A DNA stretch of 64,000 nt, taken from positions 1 through 64,000 of the IMG/VR virus record IMGVR_UViG_3300009151_000034; one strand, 5' to 3'. The notes under the pieces were generated by a model, which was given only the letters and a program-made list of their open reading frames with translations, did no database searches and was not told where the DNA came from. Position numbers and translations under genes: made by a program. This DNA comes from a virus. Below are positions 9,926-19,605 of this stretch, piece by piece; positions within the stretch are counted from its first letter, which is position 1; every line of letters begins with the position of its first letter.

Positions 9926-10245
9926 TAGAATGTTCCTCCGTCAATATTAAGCGTTTTGACGATATATTTTTGTGAAATGATGTCAAATACCAATGTTGCA
10001 TTATCAGGAGGATTTACCTGAATAACATCAGACAATTCTGAAATACTCTGTGGAGATATCAAAGGAACATTTGGCGTAACAAATGGTGTTCCTGTTTGTC
10101 CTGGTAAAAACACGCCATTTTGATCATTAACTTCAATCGTGTAATTTGGTTTTTGATTTGCTCTTACAACTTGCCCAGAAGTAGGATTCGATGCCCTTGC
10201 AAGATACGCCTTTGTTTGATTCACCTTAACATTAAAACTAGACAT
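9925..10245 (-). CDS. Small fibre-associated protein
   Basis: ISELSDV...DNATLVFD; C-terminal IDGGTF. Confidence 0.6.
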   Translation of the reverse strand: MSSFNVKVNQTKAYLARASNPTSGQVVRANQKPNYTIEVNDQNGVFLPGQTGTPFVTPNVPLISPQSISELSDVIQVNPPDNATLVFDIISQKYIVKTLNIDGGTF

Positions 10246-10580
10246 TACCCCACCCCTTTTGTCACACCAGGAGTCACGGTTACAATTCCTTCGATGACAC
10301 GAGAAACGGTTCCAGCACCATCAGTGATATCGATATCATAAACATATCTACCTGATGATATACTTGATGTTGTTGCTGTATTCATTGCCAAGGTGATAGC
10401 ACCATTTGCATATCCATTTGCAGTAAAAACATATGTGGTAGAAGAGCTATAAGTCTGCTTCATACTAGAATTCGCTGTATATGAAGACAAGTTTATAGGA
10501 CTGTTGTTTGTGTCTACAACATTGAATGTAGTTAAGAAAGTGGAACCCTGATCCATAACAATGTTGATTTTTTGCCCCAT
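10245..10580 (-). CDS. Conserved virion protein of T4-like phages (fibre/baseplate attachment type)
   Basis: NIVMDQGSTF...GRYVYDI...RVIEGIVTVTPGVT pattern. Confidence 0.65.
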   Translation of the reverse strand: MGQKINIVMDQGSTFLTTFNVVDTNNSPINLSSYTANSSMKQTYSSSTTYVFTANGYANGAITLAMNTATTSSISSGRYVYDIDITDGAGTVSRVIEGIVTVTPGVTKGVG

Positions 10581-10602
10581 AACAATCCTCTTTTTATTCT
10601 AT

Positions 10603-12108
10603 TTATGATACAAACGATGTTCGTATAAATTTGACAACTGAATTGGTTGTGACCATTGATGTATTTGGTGTGAATATCAAACTAATCGTTGGGCTAGAAT
10701 ATGTTGCTGAAAATGTTCCTAATGGATCGGTGCCAGTATAAATTATACTATATTCTGTGGTTAATACGGTTGTCCCACTAGTTCCATTATGCACTAGCAA
10801 TAATTTAGATGTTTGCCATTTTTGTGGAGTTAAGTTATTATCTGCCACCATAAAAAGATATTCTGCTGCACGAACACTGGCAGAATTAAATGTGTCAATG
10901 GTCGCAGGAGTTGTGGAATTCGGAAATGTAAACGATGAAGAATAAATCTGACTGATATTATTTGAAATGATTACCCCAGACACAGCCACGTTTGCGCTTA
11001 ATGTGGTAAGTCCAGTGACTGCCATAGTATTAGAAAATGTTGCAGTATTTGTTACCGAAATCGTGTTTGAAAACGTTGCTGCACCAGTGACTGCCATAGT
11101 ATTAGAAAATGTTGCAGTATTTGTTACCGAAATCGTGTTTGAAAACGTTGCTGCACCAGTAACGGCAATCGTATTTGAGAATGTGGCAGCCCCAGTGACA
11201 CCAATCGTATTTGAGAATGTTCCTGTCCCTGTGATTGTGGCATTATTACCCAGAGTTAGTGTGTTGGCCGTTACATTAGCAGTAAAAATTCCTGTCCACC
11301 ACAATGATGTGGTGCCCAAAGAATACGTAAGATTTGCTGAAGGCGTAAAATTTGCTGTTGATGTTCCTGACGACGTTGTGGTCGTGGTTCCGCTAACAGT
11401 CATATTGCCTACGATGGTAATATTTCCGTTAACGATATGCGTTGCCGCTGGGTTTGAAAGATTTAAAAAATTAGTAACGTTAGCACTAGAAACTACAAGA
11501 TTACTTGTTATTGTTGTATTACCAGCAACCGTAATATTATTAGAAAATGAAGCAGTATTTGTTACCGCAATGGTGTTTGAAAACGTTGCAGCACCAGTAA
11601 CTGCAATGGTGTTTGAAAACGTTGCTGCACCAGTAACGGCAATGGTATTTGATAACGTTACCGCACCAGTGATAGAAACCGTGTTCGCATAAACAGCAAC
11701 AGCATTCACAGAATAATTGACCGTGTTTACTTTCATGTAAGAACCTGTAACGGTGGTATTACCTGATGGTGCAAGTGTCAAATTATTGGCTGTAAGAGCA
11801 ACGTTGCTTGATGTGGGATTTGTAGTAATAACCAAAACGTTTTGTGTTGTATTGCCTATGTTGGTGTTAGACCCGATAAAAATAACTCCACCTGTTGTTA
11901 GATTTCCACCATAAATCGCATTATTAACGATTAAATAATTGGCGCCAAAATAGCCATTAACATATCCATTACCAGTCGAAGTTGATCCGCCAGTAGTAGT
12001 ATCTACCGTTAAAGTATTTTGTGAAATTATGGTAGCAACTCGGTTGGTCAAAGTAAGCCATGCACCGAATGTATTTGTGTTGGCTACGTTAGCTACTGAT
12101 ATTGTCAT
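10603..12108 (-). CDS. Repeat-rich tail fibre-like protein
   Basis: N-terminus NTFGAWLTLTN; 12-aa TGAATFSNTIAV repeats. Confidence 0.7.
   Translation of the reverse strand: MTISVANVANTNTFGAWLTLTNRVATIISQNTLTVDTTTGGSTSTGNGYVNGYFGANYLIVNNAIYGGNLTTGGVIFIGSNTNIGNTTQNVLVITTNPTSSNVALTANNLTLAPSGNTTVTGSYMKVNTVNYSVNAVAVYANTVSITGAVTLSNTIAVTGAATFSNTIAVTGAATFSNTIAVTNTASFSNNITVAGNTTITSNLVVSSANVTNFLNLSNPAATHIVNGNITIVGNMTVSGTTTTTSSGTSTANFTPSANLTYSLGTTSLWWTGIFTANVTANTLTLGNNATITGTGTFSNTIGVTGAATFSNTIAVTGAATFSNTISVTNTATFSNTMAVTGAATFSNTISVTNTATFSNTMAVTGLTTLSANVAVSGVIISNNISQIYSSSFTFPNSTTPATIDTFNSASVRAAEYLFMVADNNLTPQKWQTSKLLLVHNGTSGTTVLTTEYSIIYTGTDPLGTFSATYSSPTISLIFTPNTSMVTTNSVVKFIRTSFVS
11010..11680. repeat. 36-bp (12-aa) coding repeats in two clusters
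   Basis: Clusters at ~11010-11230 (with a near-exact 72-bp duplication at 11012/11084) and ~11540-11680. Confidence 0.85.
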
Positions 12109-12111
12109 AGG

Positions 12112-12330
12112 TTATTTTTGTCCCAATAATGCTTGTAAGAGAAATTTTATTTCAGCCAGTTCGTTTTTGATATTATTATTTTCTTCCACTACCTGAGATA
12201 ATCTTATTTTTTCTTCTCGTTCTTCTTTGTATTTATTCAAAGACTTAAGATCAGTATTTAGAATTCCATGACTTTTTTTTTCTCTTACAAGATGTGAATG
12301 CCCTCTGACCTTAAGATAATCTTCTTGCAT
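12112..12330 (-). CDS. Small conserved T4-like hypothetical protein
   Basis: YLKVRGHSHLVREKKSHGILNTD...ELAEIKFLL, a type usually found after the VrlC-like gene. Confidence 0.65.
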   Translation of the reverse strand: MQEDYLKVRGHSHLVREKKSHGILNTDLKSLNKYKEEREEKIRLSQVVEENNNIKNELAEIKFLLQALLGQK

Positions 12331-12345
12331 GTTCTTAAAATCCTA

Positions 12346-15102
12346 TTAAATTTGAAGTGCCAAAGTTCTCATGTCAGTCATTCTTGGAATAATTTGAGTT
12401 GTATTCGAAGTCATTACGATCTTAATAGCAAATGACAAGTAATTATCAAATACCGAATCAACATAATTTACATAACGAATATTTCCGTTATTTGCTGTAT
12501 ATTTGAATGCGCCTGCCTGTGATTGTAGATTAGCAATATATCCGATAGCAACATTACTAGAGTTGATGGATGTATTCGAATTTACAATGACTGCGGTAGT
12601 ATTTGGAACTGAAATAACCTGTCTTACGTTAAATTTATTAGTTGGTGTAAATTGAGAACCGGTGACCGTCAAAGTCAAACCTGTGCCACTTCCACCAGTT
12701 GTGGCAGCAGATGTAATTGTTGCATTACTCATATAACTGCCGACATTTACTACTGTGACTGCAATAGGAACACCAGAGGAATTTGTTAATACGTTAAACG
12801 TTGCATTAGCATTTAGATACCCCGCAGTTCCTGAAAGTTGAATTATGTCAGTATTGTTATATACACCAGAACCTGCCGTTGCTATCGAAGCACCAGAAAT
12901 AATATAGCTTTGATCTGACAAGTATAAAAACGTTCCTGGGGTGAAAAGAGCATTTGTGTTACCAGCAGGGAATGATATGATGCCAGTCGTTGTGTTTGAT
13001 GTAATACCAGTGCTGAAAACAACATTTGATGTTGGTAGATTATAAATTAATTCAACAAGATCGTTAGTATTAACTAAACTGCTGATTAATGCTTGTGACG
13101 TGGATTCTGGCATAAATGACCAGTCCTTGCTATTAAACGTTGCAGAATCCTGTGCATGAAGAACTTTCGAATAAACAAAAATATTTGTGCCGGGGGGTCT
13201 ATATGCACCAAGATATGTAATAATATCTTCTGCATCCTGCCCAGCAGCCAAATTCACAACCTTGGAAATGTAACGAGCCTGGGCAAAACTTGCGTTCAAT
13301 GGTTCTGAGGCAATAGCAACCCCAGAGACGTTAGCGACGGCACCTGTTGTAGATTCGGTAACGATACTAGTTCCGTTAGCATTGAAAAGACCAATATTGT
13401 TTGTGTTGCTACTAGTCACGTTTACTACTTGAAGGTAAGTTGAGTTTGATCCAATAATTGTTGCAGTTGTGGTCACAGTCGTATTAGTCTGAGTAATGTT
13501 ATCACCAACGTTAAATGCCCCATTGGAGTTATATATACTAATTGAATATCCATATAACCGTGTGGGGGGTGTAATTCTATTATTTGTTAAAGTTACGGAA
13601 TTACGAATGGTGTCAGTATATGGCGAAATTAGATTGTTAGAGGTTCCCATTCCCATCTGAATTTGCAATGAAGAATTTGATAGGACCGTAGTATTTGAAA
13701 CTTCATTACTACGAGACATGATCATACGTTGCTGATCAATAAACTGATAAGGAGTGTCTGGTGTTAGTGGTGTATATGTTCTTGCTGTATAGGTTCCATC
13801 AGCAGCGGCAGTATTAGAGATGCCACTAAAGCCCCAAGAGACAGAGCATTCAATTGGAACAACCTGTGCAAATTGTGGTGTGATGCTATCATATTTTGGA
13901 TTATAAAGATTAACAACCGTGGCAAGAGCGCCAGATGTTCCACCTATTAAATATTGATTGGCCGAATTTGTAAAGTTTAATAGTGAAGTTGATGTTACTC
14001 GGCTAAGAATAAATGTGGCTGAAGGAGAAGTTCTACTGGTTGATGCAAAATAACCATATAGGGCAGCATCACCACGAACACGACCGATAGTGATGCCGGT
14101 ATTTGTGAAATTTACGTTTTGTGAGACCGTGACGGCAGTAGAATTAACCGTGGCAGTTACTTGAACAACCTGAGCATTCGTTTTGTTATTCGTTGCAACA
14201 TACAAGAAATTTCCTACCGTATAATCAGTATATGCGGAATCTGGGGTGGAAATTGTTGTGTTGCTGAATGTGGCAGTATTTTGGAACGGTGTGCCTGTAA
14301 CTACCTGAGTCAAGAATGGTGAGTTTGCACAAGTGACGGTTCCTGCTGCCCATGTTCCTTGAGAATTAGAAAAACGAACAAGACTTGTGGTAGGAGTTCC
14401 GTAAACAATAGCATTGGCTGTAGAAGTGGCAAGAGAAGCACCCTGATAAATTGTGGTGCCTGTCACAAATATATTTGTGCATCCACTAGTCAAATTAGCA
14501 TAACCAATATTCAACTGGTTATTTGATACATAGACCATTTCATTAGGAACAAAATTACCAATAATACCATTAATATTAAAAAAATCTACACCAGAATTAC
14601 GGAATATTGCATTTCCGCTTGTATTGAATGTTGCGGTATAAAGATTATATTTAATGCTTTCTAAAGGAATTGAAGTAAAGCTTAGATCATTTGAAGAGAT
14701 AAACAATGTTCCTAGCTGATTATTTTTAAAGACTTGATTGCCGGTTGTTACATCAGCACCACCAAGAACTGAGGTCCAGATATTATAATTGGGATTTCCA
14801 CCATCAGGAATAACAACGATAGCATATTGATGATTTGATTGAATAATAACTGGTGTATCAAAAGTAAAATTCGTTGCAACCGAAGCATTGGTGCTTGCAC
14901 TTACCTGACTTGCAGTAAGATGTTTTGTTGCATAAGGAATGATGTTTGTAGAAGGAACACCATTGACGGTATCACGAATCTGCAATGTAACACCATAGAC
15001 AGGATCAACACTTTGAAAATAAATGTCGATACCTGTTACGAAAACACCATCAATGCCGTTTTGTGGTTCATAATATGTAAAAGTTTGTGCAAGAGGATTC
15101 AT
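12346..15102 (-). CDS. VrlC/DUF4815-like structural protein, C-terminal moiety
   Basis: Begins PLAQTF...GVFVTGIDIYF and ends FAIKIVMTS...IPRMTDMRTLALQ. Confidence 0.75.
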   Translation of the reverse strand: MNPLAQTFTYYEPQNGIDGVFVTGIDIYFQSVDPVYGVTLQIRDTVNGVPSTNIIPYATKHLTASQVSASTNASVATNFTFDTPVIIQSNHQYAIVVIPDGGNPNYNIWTSVLGGADVTTGNQVFKNNQLGTLFISSNDLSFTSIPLESIKYNLYTATFNTSGNAIFRNSGVDFFNINGIIGNFVPNEMVYVSNNQLNIGYANLTSGCTNIFVTGTTIYQGASLATSTANAIVYGTPTTSLVRFSNSQGTWAAGTVTCANSPFLTQVVTGTPFQNTATFSNTTISTPDSAYTDYTVGNFLYVATNNKTNAQVVQVTATVNSTAVTVSQNVNFTNTGITIGRVRGDAALYGYFASTSRTSPSATFILSRVTSTSLLNFTNSANQYLIGGTSGALATVVNLYNPKYDSITPQFAQVVPIECSVSWGFSGISNTAAADGTYTARTYTPLTPDTPYQFIDQQRMIMSRSNEVSNTTVLSNSSLQIQMGMGTSNNLISPYTDTIRNSVTLTNNRITPPTRLYGYSISIYNSNGAFNVGDNITQTNTTVTTTATIIGSNSTYLQVVNVTSSNTNNIGLFNANGTSIVTESTTGAVANVSGVAIASEPLNASFAQARYISKVVNLAAGQDAEDIITYLGAYRPPGTNIFVYSKVLHAQDSATFNSKDWSFMPESTSQALISSLVNTNDLVELIYNLPTSNVVFSTGITSNTTTGIISFPAGNTNALFTPGTFLYLSDQSYIISGASIATAGSGVYNNTDIIQLSGTAGYLNANATFNVLTNSSGVPIAVTVVNVGSYMSNATITSAATTGGSGTGLTLTVTGSQFTPTNKFNVRQVISVPNTTAVIVNSNTSINSSNVAIGYIANLQSQAGAFKYTANNGNIRYVNYVDSVFDNYLSFAIKIVMTSNTTQIIPRMTDMRTLALQI

Positions 15103-15182
15103 TTTTGACCTTCGTTACTTATTTAAAAATTAGTTATTAGTTTATATTAACTTTTAGATATCATTATTAGCATATTATCCAT

Positions 15183-15233
15183 TATTAGTCCAACCACCCC
15201 ACACAGTTCCCCATGCCTGAGCAATATTAACCC
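15183..15233. repeat. 51-bp direct repeat of 16048-16098 (50/51 identical)
   Basis: tattagtcca(a/g)ccaccccacacagttccccatgcctgagcaatattaaccc at both sites. Confidence 0.9.
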
Positions 15234-18200
15234 CTGTCGCCACATTGGTCTACCATATCAGCAGCATAATTAACTTCTCTTGGAATATATGCTGGTGTGC
15301 TAGGTGTAGGAGCGGTGTAATTGGTAGTTGATACAGAGACTTGTTGGACTGACTTGTTATTATAAACATCTTGTTGAGCAATTTGTGGATTTTGGACTTG
15401 GAGGCTAGAAGCACTTTGTTGAATTGACAAAGTGCTTGCATAATATGTTGTTGATGCAGATGTTGTTGCGGCATTGATACCTTGTGTAAGACTAAAAATA
15501 TCAGTGACCAAGAATTGAAGCTGACCTGCCTTGAATGTTGAGTCAGGAATCAAGAACACACCATACACATCACCAGTAGATGTAGATACTAGGTTATTTA
15601 GACCTTGCCCAACATTACCCCATGCGCCCGGTGTATAGGTATACAAATTACCATTAATATCGGTAAAGATTGGAAGTGGTGATGCCCCTGATGAAACAAG
15701 AATACCACCGACAGTCTGAGTTGTTCCTGTGTATGGCGTAAGAGGAATACAGCAATTCGATACAGGAACGCTATTAAAGAAAGTATAAAATTTTGTATTT
15801 GGCTTTAGACCACGAGCAGTAAAGAATACTGGCGTTGATTTGATATAAGGCAAAATACTTACGTTGGTGACATAATTACCAATATTGACAGTCGAAGATG
15901 AAGGAGTGACAGAAATCTGCTGTCCAATTTGTTGAGTTTGCTGAGTTGTTGTGGTGGTTGTTTGTGTCTGATAGCTAGGAGAAAGCGAACCATCAGGATT
16001 TGTAGTTTGTGTTGATACTGTATCTTGTGCGGTTGATGCAGCACCGATATTAGTCCAGCCACCCCACACAGTTCCCCATGCCTGAGCAATATTAACCCAA
16101 TTTTGAGACAAGTCTAAATTGCTTACGATATCTGGACCTTTGGTTATATCTGGATCAACCGTTCCTGATGGGTATAATGTTACAGACCCAGACCAATTAT
16201 AAAAATTACCAGTTAAGCAGTTTCTGTAGCTAGTGGCAAATTGTTGTGTCTGAGTAATGGTTGCTGCTGCCGAATTAGCAAGAGCAATTATCTGGTTATA
16301 TTTGATGCCATTGATCGCAGTTGGACCATATGCATTTGTTGCTTGTGTGGAGTCAAAATACATTGGAATACGCATTTGGCTAAAATAAGGACGTGCCTCA
16401 CCTCTTGCAGAATCTAGTGCGATATTAAAATTAGGATCATTAGTATTGCCAATTGTGAAATCCTTGAACGAGTCAACAAGAATTCCGTTCTGAAAACGAT
16501 TCTGTCCTGTTGTGGAACTTCTAATGAGCAATGATGATGCAGATTGTTCGAGTAAATTTAGTGACGTGTAATATTCCATTTGAGTGATGCGATTATCAAG
16601 TTTTTTGATATCAGCCATCGTATAACGTTTTGTTTGTTGAATTGTTGTCTGAACAGCATAATCATAACGTGCATATGATGATGCATCTGTAGGAGTAAGG
16701 GTTGGATATGCAGGAACGTTAACCAATCCGATAGTCATGGTTCCTGCATTTTCTGGTGGAGCAAAAGGATTGACAGACGCAATACCTTCAGTAATAATCA
16801 TATTTCCACCAGTTGTTAATGCAACACGATCAACACGTGGCAAGTAATACTGAATTTGACCTGCCTGGAATGGAGAATCTGGTGAAGGAAAAGCAGCAGA
16901 ACTACTTACGCTGTAGTTATAAAGCGTGGTTGTTGCTGTCGGATTAATCGTCGCACCACTAGTTGTTGTTGATACTACGGCTGTATTTACGCTGTATGGT
17001 CTATGATCAACGGAATCACGCAAGTCAGTAGTTGTTTTAGTGTTGATCGAAACATATTGAGGAATTTGAGCAGTTCTGATCGAATTAGTAATTGTTGCAC
17101 TAGTATCATCGATAGGATAAGAATTTGCGGTAAAGAAACCATAACCAGCAGCAGAAGGATTGATGGTAAAATTATCAACTGATACTAATAGATACACGTT
17201 ATTTGCTACAGGCGATGCAGATGAAATTGAAGCAAGATCATAATAAGAATCTCTTTGACCATTATCAAGAGAGAACGATGCTACTTGATCGGGATTTGTT
17301 GTGGCTATGCTTGTTCCAACATAAACATGATTTATGTTAAAAACGTCAGGAATACCAAGAGACCAAGGACCATTAACGCCGTTTGGATGAGTGCTAGTCT
17401 GAATTACAATATAGGTATTGCGATTGACTATTTTTTGAGCGGCAGTCAAACCAGTGGTTAGCGTATCGAAATATACAATACAGTTTACTGATGGTGTAAT
17501 ATATTCACCAAGGTTTAGATTGGCTGTCTGATTACCACCAGTAACTGTGATTGTTTTCGTTGTATTATTTGCAAAGTTAATAGGAACACCGGCAGGATAT
17601 ATTTTCAAGTGCGGCGCTCCCGTTGGAGCAGCATTAAACACAGCATCGACATTCATTGCAATTGAATTTGAAATGCTTACGATACGTCTAATTGTGCTGT
17701 TTGCGTAAATATAATCGCCAACTGCATAATCGGACGTGAACGTGGTAGCAGAACCAAGAACATAGGTATTTGTAGTATAAATACTTACGGTTCCTGTCTT
17801 TGATGTGGCACTACTAGAACTTCCAGAGAATATATTATAACCAGGAACAACAACGAATGACCCTGGATTATTCAAGTAATAAAATGTGGATGATCCTGAT
17901 AGTGAAAGTGTCATACGTGCAGAACCAGTCGAGTTACTAAACTGAGCCGTAGATGTTGTATAGGAACCTATTTTATTTCTGTAAATATTTTGTAGTGAGG
18001 CACCATTAAATCCGCTAGGAGATACTGCTTTTTGACCGAATGGATGAATCATGGTCTCATTGAATGGGTCTTGGATTAATGTGCTGTAGGTTCCGGCAGA
18101 ATTAATCGTCTGAACAATATCAGCAACCGCAACAACACCACTGCTATATCTAATAAAACTTAATGCCTGACTGAAATTAAATCCTGGAAGCATTTGGATA

Positions 18201-19597
18201 TTTGATAGATAAAAACGATATTGAGCATCGGCACCAGGAGTTCCTGAACTATATGCAAAACCACGGCAATATGCAGTTCCGATCTTTGTTGATGTGGAAT
18301 AACCAACACTCAAAAAATTTCTTGATGTGATAGCCTGTTTTGCAATGCTATGAATTTCAATAGTTGAACCAGTAAAATTGCTGAAGTCACCACAATATTC
18401 TTTTATATTTACCCAGTAACCCATATTGATCGTAACTTGTTGATTAACAGCAGTGGCAAGATCGTTACCTCTACGCAAATCAACATTGTTATTATTAATA
18501 AATTCTACACGATATCCTTGGACATAAGCAATACCAGAAGAAGAAACGAGATTTAAGAACTGAGAATTTGCTGCTGACAAAACATAACCGTTAGCATATG
18601 TGTGTGTATCAGCCGCAGATTTATTGGTAGTTGATAGTATGAACGGATTGACAACATAATTTCCGTTAGTTTCATATGTTCTACGAGCCAATTCTTTCGA
18701 AAGCGAAGTATATTGTGGATCGGTTTTAAGAGTTACAGGCAAACCATTTTTAAAATCGATAAGTGAAAAGAATGATGAACTATTAACAATTGTTGAGGTA
18801 GAAACACTGGTTAATTTAGGAACTAGTTTTAGACGATCTGCACCAGGAGCATTATAGTTTGGCGAACCAGCAGCATTATCAAACAAAGATGTATCAGACG
18901 AAGATGAAATAATACTTTCTTGGACATTAAAACCGATAGAAACACCATCAGGAGAATTATTATACTTACCAACTACTAATGTTTGCTGGGGAACACGTAA
19001 GAAAAATCCCTTTTTGAAAATAACACCATCAGTCACGGATACGGCATAGGCAAGTCCTGCCGCGCTAGAAACGGTTGCTGCGACTACGTTTCCAAGATTA
19101 ATTCCTGATGTTGATTTGATCTGAAGAATATCACCACTTATGTATGCTGATTGGGTATAACCATTGGAATATGTGCTATTGGCAGTGTTTAAATATTTGA
19201 TATAAAAAGTATTAAGATCGCCAGAAGAAGAAGACTGAAGACCATCAATTGAATTAACGATGGTGGCAGTAAGATTGCTTTGGTTTACAAGGATATTACC
19301 AATGAATTGTGATGTTGATGATATGGCTGTCGAGTTTACAAAATTATCATTGATTTTAACATATGCATAACTATTATCAAACGTGAAAGCGCAACCTTCC
19401 ACAACCGAACCTTCCTGATAAACGCTTTTGCCGAATTTATCAATTTGATCTTGCATGATACTTTGTGCTGTATTAAGCTCACGAACCTGAATGGCTGTCG
19501 CTGGTTTATACAGGACTTTGTAATAATTTGCGGTTTGATCAAAGTCATCAAAATATGGACTGACTGATAGATTGGTAGTGAGAAGTGATGTTGTCAT
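15227..19597 (-). CDS. VrlC/DUF4815-like large structural protein, N-terminal moiety
   Basis: NLSVSPYFDDFD...YYKVLYKP...QVRELN; NYNAPGADRLK; LARRTYETNGNYVV; RFQNGILVDSF. Confidence 0.85.
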   Translation of the reverse strand: MTTSLLTTNLSVSPYFDDFDQTANYYKVLYKPATAIQVRELNTAQSIMQDQIDKFGKSVYQEGSVVEGCAFTFDNSYAYVKINDNFVNSTAISSTSQFIGNILVNQSNLTATIVNSIDGLQSSSSGDLNTFYIKYLNTANSTYSNGYTQSAYISGDILQIKSTSGINLGNVVAATVSSAAGLAYAVSVTDGVIFKKGFFLRVPQQTLVVGKYNNSPDGVSIGFNVQESIISSSSDTSLFDNAAGSPNYNAPGADRLKLVPKLTSVSTSTIVNSSSFFSLIDFKNGLPVTLKTDPQYTSLSKELARRTYETNGNYVVNPFILSTTNKSAADTHTYANGYVLSAANSQFLNLVSSSGIAYVQGYRVEFINNNNVDLRRGNDLATAVNQQVTINMGYWVNIKEYCGDFSNFTGSTIEIHSIAKQAITSRNFLSVGYSTSTKIGTAYCRGFAYSSGTPGADAQYRFYLSNIQMLPGFNFSQALSFIRYSSGVVAVADIVQTINSAGTYSTLIQDPFNETMIHPFGQKAVSPSGFNGASLQNIYRNKIGSYTTSTAQFSNSTGSARMTLSLSGSSTFYYLNNPGSFVVVPGYNIFSGSSSSATSKTGTVSIYTTNTYVLGSATTFTSDYAVGDYIYANSTIRRIVSISNSIAMNVDAVFNAAPTGAPHLKIYPAGVPINFANNTTKTITVTGGNQTANLNLGEYITPSVNCIVYFDTLTTGLTAAQKIVNRNTYIVIQTSTHPNGVNGPWSLGIPDVFNINHVYVGTSIATTNPDQVASFSLDNGQRDSYYDLASISSASPVANNVYLLVSVDNFTINPSAAGYGFFTANSYPIDDTSATITNSIRTAQIPQYVSINTKTTTDLRDSVDHRPYSVNTAVVSTTTSGATINPTATTTLYNYSVSSSAAFPSPDSPFQAGQIQYYLPRVDRVALTTGGNMIITEGIASVNPFAPPENAGTMTIGLVNVPAYPTLTPTDASSYARYDYAVQTTIQQTKRYTMADIKKLDNRITQMEYYTSLNLLEQSASSLLIRSSTTGQNRFQNGILVDSFKDFTIGNTNDPNFNIALDSARGEARPYFSQMRIPMYFDSTQATNAYGPTAINGIKYNQIIALANSAAATITQTQQFATSYRNCLTGNFYNWSGSVTLYPSGTVDPDITKGPDIVSNLDLSQNWVNIAQAWGTVWGGWTNIGAASTAQDTVSTQTTNPDGSLSPSYQTQTTTTTTQQTQQIGQQISVTPSSSTVNIGNYVTNVSILPYIKSTPVFFTARGLKPNTKFYTFFNSVPVSNCCIPLTPYTGTTQTVGGILVSSGASPLPIFTDINGNLYTYTPGAWGNVGQGLNNLVSTSTGDVYGVFLIPDSTFKAGQLQFLVTDIFSLTQGINAATTSASTTYYASTLSIQQSASSLQVQNPQIAQQDVYNNKSVQQVSVSTTNYTAPTPSTPAYIPREVNYAADMVDQCGDRG

Positions 19598-19605
19598 GTA
19601 TTCCT

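Noticed and set aside
15183-16098. 51-bp repeat pair as a diversity-generating retroelement TR/VR
   Set aside because: Only one mismatch (T/C on the coding strand, not adenine-specific), too short, and no reverse transcriptase in the window.
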